Source of the DNA: Lepidodermella squamata
Taxonomy: Eukaryota; Animalia; Gastrotricha
Length of the DNA stretch: 64,000 nt
NCBI GenBank assembly: GCA_047495785.1
Contig: JBLDXI010000032.1
Span: 2,356,001-2,420,000, forward strand
Direction: 5' to 3'
Under the pieces are notes generated by a model. It was not told the origin of the DNA. It ran no database searches and was given only the letters and a program-made list of their open reading frames with translations. The translations under genes were made by a program, and so were the position numbers. Of the stretch, positions 26,385-37,330 are shown piece after piece; within the stretch, counting starts at the first letter, position 1, and each line of letters opens with the position of its first letter.

Positions 26385-27140
26385 CCTTATGCGATGCGTT
26401 TGCTGATCCATTTGTGGCTTCAAAGTTTCAAAATCGTGTGTCTTCTCTCAAATTAAAATTACTTGCTTCTCCGACAACCGCTTCAACTCGTTACTAATTT
26501 ATGATCATTACTAATCTCAGCTTGGTGTAAATAACTAAAGTAATTTTCTGGTGTGATATTTTATGGGACATTTTGTCAACCTTGCTCAATTCGATGTAGT
26601 TGAACATACCTGTGATCATGAGATTATCCTGATGAGGATTTTTGAGCCATTTCGTCTTCTCAAAACGATGAATGATGGAAATGTGACGAATTGATCTATT
26701 TATATCTTTATTATCTCATCGCTACGCAAATGCATGTAAAATTGTGTTTTATGGTGAGTTCAGTAAAAATTTTCGACAAATCAATAAATCGCATCATTTC
26801 GAATTTTCTGTGCTAGTTTCACATTTTCCGCCTTCAAAGTGCATAAGATAAGGTTGATGGAAGACTGACAGAGCAGCCGAGTTGAAAGCAGAGGACACAA
26901 GTTTTAAGGGAAAATATTTATGAAATTCTGTTTCAAACTTGGCCCGTACTAATTGAATCGGGGTTAATAATAAAACTAATCAAATTGCCCTTCATCCAGG
27001 CTATCCAACACTACCCCACTCCTACGGTCTTTACTTGAAAATCATCGATTTTTAATATGCGCAAGCCACTCCATTTTGACAGTAGACAGTAGTCTACAGT
27101 TGACAGTAGTCGTTCAGTCACGAAAACCCTGAGTGGTCGA

Positions 27141-28137
27141 AATGTGACGCGATTGAGTCGTGGGCGAAAACTTGTCGATTATCGCAAGTCAATTTCCAAA
27201 AGTCTGCATACCGTCAGATGGGGCGACTTTGGCCATGGGGGTGACATTGCCATAGGTTTTTGCGATCGAGTTTAGATTACACACGACGTCATTTTCTCAG
27301 ACATGATACATGTCAAGTAGGATGTCAATGGAAATCCCTGATGATGGAGAATTTAATTATATACGTCGTGGAACCTTTTGGGCCGTATGTACCTTGATAA
27401 ATGACGTGGAAGGGTGGCAAAGTGACCCTGAGTACGGTTTAGATGCAGATGGGGTGACTTTGCCCTAACTCAAACCGCAGGTGGAAAGGTGGATACCTCA
27501 CAAGTTGGGTACCGCTGGATAGCTTGTGTCGGGGGCTGCTCGAAAATGACAAGGTCTTTTCATTTTGAGCACACCTGGTCGACTTCAGAGTCATCTATAT
27601 TCTGCCGAAAAGTGTATTTTTTTCGCTCAACTTTACCTGTGTTTAATTACCAGGTATTGTTAAAGGCTGAAGTATGTTCAAGACATTCCAGTTGGTCTTT
27701 TCTCGGGCTTTCCAACGGTATCCCACTCAAGGGGTCTTTATCTTGATACCTCTGAGATATGGCTATGCGAAAGTCGCCCCATTTTTCCGTGGCAATGTCA
27801 CCCCACTGTCCAAAGTCGCCCCATCTGACGGTAATTCGGAAGTTTGCAAGTAGAATACCCTGGCTCTGATTGGTCGCTTGGCTGGAGTGAAATATGTGCA
27901 GGAATAGCCTTAAGTGGCATGACGAAATGGCCGAGTTGGCTCTAGCTTTTCCAACCGCTGGAATTTCATTAGCGTTGCCAGCAAGTGGAGCTGCCTTGGG
28001 TGCTTCGAGCGCAGCTGCTAGCCTTGTACCAACCGCCAAAAAGTAAGGCGGCTCTAGACAAAACCGAGCGCCTGATTGTTACTGCTGACGCTACTGACCA
28101 AAAAGCCTTGCGCGATTAGTTCGGAAATTTGGATGGC
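27141..28137 (+). pseudogene. Decayed ApoL-domain fragment of a fourth paralogue, split by a MITE
   Basis: 27141-27208 and 27834-28137 align to exon 3 of copies 1/2 (aaacttgtcgatt.tcgcaagtc; gcaggaatagc; gccttgtaccaaccgcca) with indels and stops. Confidence 0.85.
27211..27831. mobile_element. Tc1/mariner-pogo-type MITE, 621 bp
   Basis: TIRs of about 42 bp starting CCGTCAGATGGGGCGACTTTGG, flanked by a TA duplication; internal repeats of GGGG(C/T)GACTT. Confidence 0.9.
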
Positions 28138-28728
28138 GAACTGCTTCGAATCTGATGAGAAACGCCACAGGCACTAGAAATAGACGACGCTGCTGGCTGA
28201 AGATTCACCGTTTATATCTCGGATAAATCTACCTCTACAGCAGTAAGGACGATTTCGGAATTTCGTCTTAGACAGTACACCGTAATGTCAATTATTTGAA
28301 GAAGTTATGAATCGCCCATTTGAGGAATATTACTTTTCGACGTTGGCTAAAAGAAAATGTTGGTCATTTTAAAATCTAGGATATCTAGGTGATGGTAACT
28401 CCGTTTTATCATTGTCCGGCATGGTCTCATTTTGACGTCTCTCGATGAAAAATATCGACGCCATTGTTGTAATTTGAGCAAATCGGTCGAAATCGTCTCG
28501 GTGAGAAATGTTAGGAACTTTCAGCGTACCCGTGTTAATTTTCCGTCTTTGTTGCAATTCAAATATTATTTGATTCCCTTACGATATTCTTTAAAGGCAG
28601 TGTTAATAATAAAGTGGGACGGGGCTCGTGCCCTTTTTAGCATTTAAAATGAATCATACTTACTCACGTGTGCTCATTTTTTTATGCCTAAGGGGTTTTT
28701 TTTTATTCGCAACCCTTCGAACAGTATA

Positions 28729-29241
28729 CAGTAGTTATGCGTTAAGCCGGACTCGATCCGCGCCGGAAGAATAAGTCCGGCTTAATGAAAGTCCGCTATA
28801 TTGTAAGCCGGACTGGTCCGGTTTAAAAACAAACGGTGCATTTCTTCAAAAACTACTCAGGAATATCAACCCTATAAAGTTATAAGCCATTTACGTGAGT
28901 AAAAAGTTCGATTATCGAGCTGGAATTAAGTTTTCGCCACACGCGTGAACAGCTATTTTTCTAGACTGCGATCATTTTGCTGTAAATTTTGCTGATGTAA
29001 GCCACCCAAAATCAGCACGAGGGTGTTCATGCGCTCGATATTAAAATTATCCTATAAGCCGGACTTTTTTAACTAAAATTCACTAAAAATCAGTCCGTTA
29101 TAACGCAAGTCCGGCTTATGACAGTCCGGCTTATTGCAACCATTTGCATGTAAAGCGCTAGTCCGCGGCACGAGCCAAGCAAAATGGTCCGGCTAAGCGC
29201 AAGTCCGGCTTATGATCGTCCGGCTTAACGCAAAACTACTG
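28729..29241. mobile_element. Tc1/mariner-pogo-type MITE, 513 bp
   Basis: TIR CAGTAGTT(A/T)TGCGTTAAGCCGGAC; TA duplication; many internal AGTCCGGCTTA copies. Confidence 0.9.
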
Positions 29242-29587
29242 TATACTGTATTTTGTGTATTATCGTTCGAAAATAGCACTCTCTACAAAAAATGCAATAA
29301 CTTTCTACGCGTTCATAAATTCACTATATTTTATACGGTGTAAAGTGTATTTTTCCAGCACTTGATTTTTGAATCTGTATAAAATACAGAAATTGTAAAC
29401 CATTCGCAAATGTGACTTTGTTTATTGGGCGAAATCGATGTGGAGGGTTCGACTCCTCGTGGGGTCAAGCCATTTTTTTGTTTTAATTTTTGCCCCGACA
29501 CTTTTTATGCGCACAAACAGCCCCATTTCTACACTTTGCACACTTTTCCTGGCTGTATTATTTGTAGGAAAAATAGGGCTGTATTTT

Positions 29588-30636
29588 GGTTCTATGTCAA
29601 TTGAGCAAACGAAAATTGAGCAACGAAAATAGAGCAAGGGCTTTTGAGCAACGATATTAGAGCAAACGAAATTAGAGCAAAACGACTTCTGAGCAAAACG
29701 AGATTAGAGCAAAACGACACGAGAGCAAATTTTATTTAAAATAAACAACAGCTGCAATTAATTATTAAATTTGCTCTCGTGTCGTTTTGCTCTAATCTCG
29801 TTTTGCTCAAAAGTCGTTTTGCTCTAATTTCGTTTGGGCTCTACGACAATTTAGCAATACAAAGATGAAATCCGACATTTTTTCTGCGACATTTAATCAA
29901 AGCAAAATAAAAAACGACATTATATAAAACGTAAAACTAGGGCCGACAATTTGGCAATCTTAATTAAGCAAAGACATTTTTAAATAAATATTCTTATGAA
30001 TTTATTTATGTATTAGCCCTCAAAGGTAGCACCGACTTCAACAAAGTAAGTCACGTAGGGAAAAAATTGTAAAATACAAATCAGCGGCGACAAAATGTAG
30101 GTTTCTTTGATAATGAATGAACCGACAAATTAGCGATAGGGGTACGGTTAGGTACGGTGAAGGTGTAGGTATGATAGAGGTACATGGTGTTACCGTGGGT
30201 GCTACCGTAGATCGGTATTGTAAGTTTTAGCATTGGTCACTCCTGGTCAAAGTCGCCTGAACAGCGTTTGATCTCCTAATTTCATCACTTCTGCTCAATT
30301 TTTTCTCGTGAAGCTAGAATTTTTTTGCGGAAATGGTGGTGAAATTAGTTACTTTTGAAAAGGTCTGTGTCAGATTTGTTGTCGCTGGATTGTCGTTCTC
30401 ATTATTTCGGTCAAAATCTAATGTAATGGTAATCAAGGCGATTTTTAACATTTTGTCGGAATTATTTGTGCTTTGCCAAATTGTCGTTTCATAACTTATT
30501 TTGCTAGATTGTCGTAACGCGTTTCGTTTGCTCAGAAGTCGTTTTGCTCTAATTTCGTTTGCTCTAATATCGTTGCTCAAAAGCCCTTGCTCTATTTTCG
30601 TTGCTCAATTTTCGTTTGCTCAATTGACATAGAACC
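29588..30636. mobile_element. Foldback-like element, 1049 bp, with subrepeat-built long TIRs
   Basis: TIRs of about 110 bp starting GGTTCTATGTCAATTGAGC, built of GAGCAA(A)CGA units; 8-bp duplication TGTATTTT (9 bp CTGTATTTT is also possible); extra internal palindrome at about 29665-29836. Confidence 0.88.
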
Positions 30637-31007
30637 TGTATTTTCTGTATTTTTTATTCGAATCCGTAGAAAATACAGGAGAAATACAGTATTTCTGTAG
30701 CGAATTTTCGAATGCAACAAACTGTAGCTGTAGCTGTATTTTCTGTTGCGAATAAAAAAAACCCCTCTTTTGCACAAATTACAAATAAATTTTTTCATTA
30801 GACAATCGAAATATCGCGGTGGCCAACAACTGGTGCTTTCTCAATCTTGGCGTGCGACTCGCGGTCTAGGAATCTTGAATGATTCAGTTTGAATGAGTTT
30901 AGTGACTAGTCTAGATGCGATAGATGTGAAGATTACAATCATTTTTCACGATCGTTACTATCCTGAAAACATCAGAATTATAAATTATTTGTTCACGAGT
31001 AAAAGTC

Positions 31008-33112
31008 ATGAAATCAATGGGAGAACCTGTCAAAATTGTCTCAATTGCGGCTGACAAATTTATTTTCGACAAAAAAGCATTGGAAGAAATCGTCCATGGC
31101 GTTTCCAAACTTTCAACAGCTGCTATCGTGATTGCAGGTCCAAAAAGAAAAGGCAAATCTTTCCTGCTGAACGTACTTCTGTCCTACTTGAAACACTGCG
31201 ACAACAACTCAAAGTGGAGTTACAAGGACAGCGAACCGTATGTTCGAGGTCGCGGATTCGCTTCGAGCTGCGGAACCGATGCTGTTACTGTCGGACTGGA
31301 TATCTGGAGCGAGCCTTTTATTCTGAAGAAGGCCAATGGCAAGATGTTCGCCTTATTCGTCTGCGATATGCAGGGTTTGTTTGACCCGACGTCTAATGAA
31401 AACGTGGAAGCAGCCTTACTTGCGATCTGTGGCGCTATTTCAAGCATAACCATTATCAACATCGACCAGCAAATTGACACGACCATTTTATCATGTCTGG
31501 CCGGATCTATCAGTCGTATTCAACTCGCCGAACAGAAGTACAGAAATCAGGGGGAGGGGGCGGTAAAAGTCTTTCAGGTTGGTATAGACGTACTGTTATG
31601 CACTCATAATTAAGTAATTAAATGATTGTTTTCGGAAACAGAAACTCCTGCTCCTGGTACGAAACTGGAACTCGGTAGAGGAATTTGACTACGGTGAAAA
31701 GGGCGGACGGCGCTACCTTGAAAAAGTTCTAAGCAACTCGGCTGAACGGAGCGAGACAGATCTGATGGTTGAATCGATAAAATCAAGTTTCGAAGAAACT
31801 GATGCGTATCTAATGCCGATTCCTTCGAAGGCTCTTATGTTAGGCGAGCTGGAAAATCCAAAATGTATGAGAGATGTGCCTAAAACTTGAAAACCTTATT
31901 CATTTTCCTAATTCTCTAGGCTTCAAACAACATGAATTTTGGTTCTGCATGACAAGTTTTGTCAATTTTCTGGTCGATCCTGAAAACTTGCCTCTCAAAG
32001 CGCATTTTGCTGGAGCTAATATGGTTGACATGTTGCAGTCAAAAATCGACGCATTCAACAGTTCTGGCCGAATTCCACGGATTATCAGTGGATTTTCGCA
32101 ATGTCACTGCACTTTGTTGCTCGAACGCGCCAAAGCAGAATATCGTCGCGGTTTTGCTGATTCAGAGTTGTACATGGAAAATAGGAGGATATCAGAAGTT
32201 GAGTTTTACAATCGCGTGAAACACCAATTGCTGGAGAAGTTGAACATTTTTAAGGATGGTCAACATCATGTCGAATCACTGGACGCATTTCGCCAGAATT
32301 TGTTGCAACTGTGTCGCATCATGACTTTATGGCAAAGCCTTGTCTATTCTCGCGTGTCGGTCGCTACAAGTTTGAATGATCTGGCAAAAGAAGTTGAGGG
32401 TTCAAATTCTGAGACTCGAGTTAGTCGCTTGGCCGGCTCGACGGCTGGTATTGCTGGAAGTACCATGACGATTGCTGGTTGTGCTCTAGCTCTTCCAACG
32501 GCTGGGATGTCAATGGCGTTGACTGCTGGCGGAGCTGCCTTGGGCGCTTCGGGCGCTGTTGTTGGCCTTCGCGCAACGAACAACCTTCACGCAAAATGTG
32601 AGGCGGCCTTAGCTAAAGCTTTTCAACAGGTTGACATTGCAAATGCAGCTTTCAAAGACTTGTGCAATGAGCTTGAAAAACTGGATAATGCAGCTCACCT
32701 TGACAATTTTATCAGCCTGATTACAAATCAATGTAGTATCTTGACGGCTGTTGCTCGAAGCTTACCATCAGAGTTTGGCGGTTTGGCTGAAACTGTGGCT
32801 GATACTTCAACTCCGCAATGGAGAGAAGTGTTCACTTGGGCCAGAGTTCCGACTGCTTCGCTCTCGGCAATTGTTTCGACTGTCGGGTCGATGGGGAAAA
32901 CAGCTTTGAGGAGTTTCTCATTTGCCTCCATTGCTGTTGATGCGCTCACCGGTGTGAAAGATGGTGTCAACGAGTTACAAGGAAAGCCTCATGAAACGGC
33001 GCTGAAGTTTCGCGAAATTGCTCGAAATTTTGAAGAATTGCCGGCATTTTCTGATGTTTACAACATCGCCACAAATTTCCGTCTGTTCGTCCAGAAATTG
33101 AGAAATGCCTGA
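31008..33112 (+). CDS. Atlastin-like GTPase / apolipoprotein-L fusion protein, copy 3 (661 aa)
   Basis: Exons 31008-31577, 31642-31864, 31920-33112 total 1986 nt in frame; same G motifs and ApoL hairpin (GCALALPTAGMSMAL). Confidence 0.87.
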
Positions 33113-33142
33113 GAAAGGTGTGTGATAATCCACACTTCGATA

Positions 33143-34004
33143 CACCTTTTTTCCTTTGCAATTTCATTATTTTTATTAAAGAAAAACGCGTTTATTTTTT
33201 CATGATCATCAGCGTATTCATTTAATTCATTTTCTTACTTTTTTCTACCTAAGGATTTACTCGATCTATTCGAAGGTTTGCTGTATGCGAATACGAAACC
33301 CGAATGGGATGAATTATATATCAAATTGAAGCTAGATATATAATCTTTTCAAATATGCGATCAGATCGGCAAAATCATTATTTGTTTCGCAGAAACTAAG
33401 CAGTAAGTAGAATGAACTGCAAAAATGTTTTCCTTGGATAGTTTTTATATTTTATAGGTATAAGGCCCCTCCCTCCTCCCCAAAAATGATTAGAACAATC
33501 AGGCGAAGGTGATATCTCGAGTAGAAGCGATAGAACCTCAAAAAATTTGGCTTTAGTAGCATTTTGGGCAATAGCTTACGCGGGTGCTGAGGTAGTTTTC
33601 ACAAATATTGCTTTGGTTTCATCATGAAATGATGAAATTAGCGAAGACTAAGTAATAGAATAGTTCCTTAGCAGTTATTTGTTGAAAAATAAACATAATT
33701 GTAGGTAAAATCAGAAGAAACTTTCCGAACAACCAGTCGGCTAAAACGTTGAATACCTTCAAGAACAAAATGGCATCCAGTATTTTAATATCACAGCTAG
33801 ATAGATCAGATCTCTAGCTTCAATTTGATATATAGTTCATCCCATTCGGGTTTCGTATTCGCATACAGCGAACCTTCGAAGATCAAGTAAATCCTTAGGT
33901 AGAAAAAAGTAAGAAAATGAATAAAATGAATACGCTGATAATCATGAAAAAATAAACGCGTGTTTCTTTAATAAAAATAATGAAATTGCAAAGGAAAAAA
34001 GGTG
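33143..34004. mobile_element. Long-TIR non-autonomous element, 862 bp
   Basis: Inverted arms of about 195 bp (33143-33337 and 33812-34004), ends CACC...GGTG, TA on both sides. Confidence 0.85.
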
Positions 34005-34609
34005 TATTAACCGAACTGTAACAATAACTTTTATCAAATTTCAAATGATTACATTCTTCTCCGCCAAAAGCTTATACTAATTGCTGATCACTCGTGCATG
34101 AACGTATGCATGTAAAATGTGTACTTTCTGAGAATAACCTATCTCGAGGTACAAATTTCCAATCGGGTAAACATTGTAAATCTAGTTGGAGATGTAATAA
34201 TGGCGAAGTGTCATTGAATTTTCTTGAGTACTTTATCTTTTCCATTTCACTCTGAATTTTTCGTCCTTGAAAAAGCCATAAATCGCATTCATTTATTCAT
34301 TTTCTTCAGAATAATTTTAAATTTTTAACTTAACTTTTCCTTAGCCAGAAAAGGTATACCTATTATCCAGCAGCTGCATTCAAAGCACGGATTTATTTTG
34401 ACAGAAAATATGAATCGATTGGCGGTACACTTCCAAGCTTGATCATTTAACACAGGAATAAAAGCCAACTGATTGCCATGTGAATAATTTATTCCTTTGT
34501 TCAAGAACAATGATTTAGAGCCTGCAGGTGGTCGCTGTCAGCCTTCGACTCATTCACATGTCAGCACTAACATTAGTCATCAATCTATGGTATTAGTTGA
34601 TCCATAAGA

Positions 34610-35764
34610 ATGCTATCAAAATGGAATAAAACAGTCGACTTACTACTACCCTGTGCGAGAAGTACGAGGTCTAACACCTGGACGGAGGTGGAGCAAACTG
34701 TATATGGCTACGTAATACCAATTGTTTGCACCTTCGGTGTGATCACCCATCTAATCAATATTATTGTACTAACCGATCATCGCTTGAAAGCACCGACTTA
34801 CGTCTACCTAACTTACATTTCCATCACCCAGCTGTTGGGCCTAGTCGATCAGGGTATTTCTGCTGTTGGAACTAATGAATTCGGTAATTTGATATGGACT
34901 GAGCTGTACCTGATCTATATTCATCGTGCTGTGTCTAAAATTACATCAACCGCATCGCTTTGTCTGATCGCGATCGCTACCTTGGATCGACATGTTTCCA
35001 TTTTAAGATATTCCCATGCCAGGAAAATTGAGAGGACAAAAGCGGGATTGGCAGTTTTCGGGATTCTTCTGCTCGCCTTTATTACTAATTTACCTCATCA
35101 ATTGGCATTGAAATATGACTGGAGAAAATTTTGCCGAATTTATCGATGGCCGAGTAAATACGATGAGTATTATTCAATATATTCCATCTGTCAGCTGATT
35201 TTAACCAACTGCAGCTGTATCGTGATTCTTCTCACGTTCAACTGCCTGCTATTGAAAATTTTTCGGAAAACTTCAACCCAAGCATTAAGGCGGCTTTGCA
35301 TGGCGTCTTCCTTTGTCGGCCATCATGCACCAAATCACAGCCGAAGTTTGACAATTAACCTAATAGGAATCGACACGTTAACTCTGATCGCTGAAAGTGA
35401 GCTTGAAATCGATTTAATTAGGTCCTCCTTAAAATTGTTTTATACAGCTCCAATTATGATTCTGAATGCAGCAAACATCCTGCAGACCTGGGGCAGCCGG
35501 GAAAATGTCATTTTCGAACCCTCTCGATCTTTGAATCTTATCGCAGCCATAATAACAGTTTTCGAGTTCAGTTGTCTCATTTTCGTTCATGCCATCCTGA
35601 ACAAGAATTTTCGAGCCTTACTTCTGCAAAAATTACGGCTGAAGAGACATGCAATCGTTGTAGTGAAAGGAGCGTCTGCGCCACCCACGGCCAATCCCGA
35701 GGTATACGATGTTTACGATTTCGGAAAGCCAGTCGACCGGCAAGAGATGCTAAGCCAATTATGA
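34610..35764 (+). CDS. Rhodopsin-class GPCR, divergent peptide-receptor-like
   Basis: 7TM pattern, YGYVIPIVCTFG, PTYVYL, TLDRH. A probable 51-nt in-frame intron (35397-35447) restores the TM6 sequence LIAETP. Confidence 0.8.
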   Translation: MLSKWNKTVDLLLPCARSTRSNTWTEVEQTVYGYVIPIVCTFGVITHLINIIVLTDHRLKAPTYVYLTYISITQLLGLVDQGISAVGTNEFGNLIWTELYLIYIHRAVSKITSTASLCLIAIATLDRHVSILRYSHARKIERTKAGLAVFGILLLAFITNLPHQLALKYDWRKFCRIYRWPSKYDEYYSIYSICQLILTNCSCIVILLTFNCLLLKIFRKTSTQALRRLCMASSFVGHHAPNHSRSLTINLIGIDTLTLIAESELEIDLIRSSLKLFYTAPIMILNAANILQTWGSRENVIFEPSRSLNLIAAIITVFEFSCLIFVHAILNKNFRALLLQKLRLKRHAIVVVKGASAPPTANPEVYDVYDFGKPVDRQEMLSQL

Positions 35765-37330
35765 GTAAACACAACCCCAACATATAAGACAATTCATCTT
35801 TTATTTTCTTTGAATTACGTTTGTTTTCTTGCAACCAGTTCGTGCGCATCAGCAAGGCAATCACGAAATATAGAAATGATATCATACATTTATAATAAAT
35901 GTTCCTTTACATTCAATAGATCGTTTTCATATATAGGTATATTTTAGGTAATGTAGTAAATTAACCTTTGCAACAATAAATTTCGAACAATCGCCAGAAG
36001 CTGCTCATAAACGAAGGCGCGGTGAAAATTCACATAGAAAAATGAGATTTTTTTCATCAAATTCATCCGCTAACCCAGCCGTTATATTAATAGATATTTC
36101 ACGTGGTTCTACCTTCGAACTGCACAGGTTTCGGCGCGCAACAATATCAGAGAATTATATACAGATTTTTCTGTACATTTCACGCAAGCCAAGTTGCGGG
36201 TAACAATTTTTGACTTGAACCTTTATGATGAGAGTTTTCTTACAGAAAATAAATTTTTTTTGCCAACAAAATGTCTTTGAAGAACTCGCGCACAGCTTCC
36301 GAGGTGTTATCGCGTGTTAATTAGACGATTTTAATAACAACAGCGATGATGATGATGTAGAAAGTAACACGCATCGTTTCTCGCAAGACAAAGAAGCAGA
36401 AGAGCAAGCGGCGAGCAATACACATGTATGGTAGAAGAATAGAGTGAGTCGAACAAAAGAGTGGTCGGGGTTTTTTTTATCAACGTTACCCAGCTGCAAT
36501 AGCCTCGAACTGAACAACCGCATTCCAGTCGACTGGGACGTTACGAGATAGAAGATAGAAGTAGTAGAAAAAAACGTAAACAATGCGTTTTGCGAGAGAA
36601 CAACCAGGTCAGCTTTTTTGTGTCGAAAAGAGGAGAGAAAAAAAATAAGCCGTTACGAAAACCTTGTTACTATGAGCAGTCGGTCAGAATATTTTGTTTG
36701 CAAGTCAAGGTCAACGTATTTAAGGTAGTGTCCAGTTACAAATTTGCTGTTGTATAGAAAGATAACACACGTTATAGTTATCTATTCGCCATCATATTTT
36801 TTTGTTATCACACGGCGATGCACAACCAGTCGCCAAATAATTTTACCAACCGAAGAAGAGACGACGACAAAAAAATTAGAAGTATTTTCGCTAAATCAGC
36901 GGTCATCTACGCACTCATTTACGTGGTAGCAAGGGCATAGACGAGATGTATTGTGAAGAAAATATTATTACCATATTCGTTAATGTAACACACCGATTGT
37001 CAGCGGAGAAGTATGAATAAATTAGCCTTCACGATCATGATGCACGAGGATTATAGCAAAATCATATAATATATTATCGTATTACGAAAAAAAATCATTA
37101 CAAAATCTTGGTAATTTCGTCTCGATTAAGGCTCAACTGAAGGCTAACAACTTTACAAATTATTACTTTTTCTCGGACAAAATGATGTGAAAAAGCAGCG
37201 AGCCAAGAATGATGAAAGATGGAATTTTGAATAATTCTGGAAAAATCAAGAAATCCACCTAAAAATTCGCAAAGTTATTCAAAATTACAGCTTTTCACTC
37301 GCGGGAGATAACAATAGATTTATTTGATGA

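Larger units (their letters stand above)
21327..26742 (+). repeat. Tandem duplication, ~2.7-kb unit (21327-24041 and 24042-26742)
   Basis: Upstream sequence, introns, exons and 3' flank align with an offset of about 2715-2721 bp. Confidence 0.9.
28691..30766. mobile_element. Host TIR element (about 500 bp once two nested insertions are removed)
   Basis: TIRs AGGGG-T8/9-ATTCGCAAC at 28691-28713 and 30745-30766; no clean target-site duplication. Confidence 0.65.

Noticed and set aside
29430-29480. Possible tRNA gene (also 9110-9150)
   Set aside because: Only a B-box/T-arm-like segment; no cloverleaf could be built.
29601-29836. GAGCAAAACGA repeats resembling a CRISPR or iteron array
   Set aside because: Eukaryotic context, no unique spacers; these are TIR subrepeats of a foldback element.
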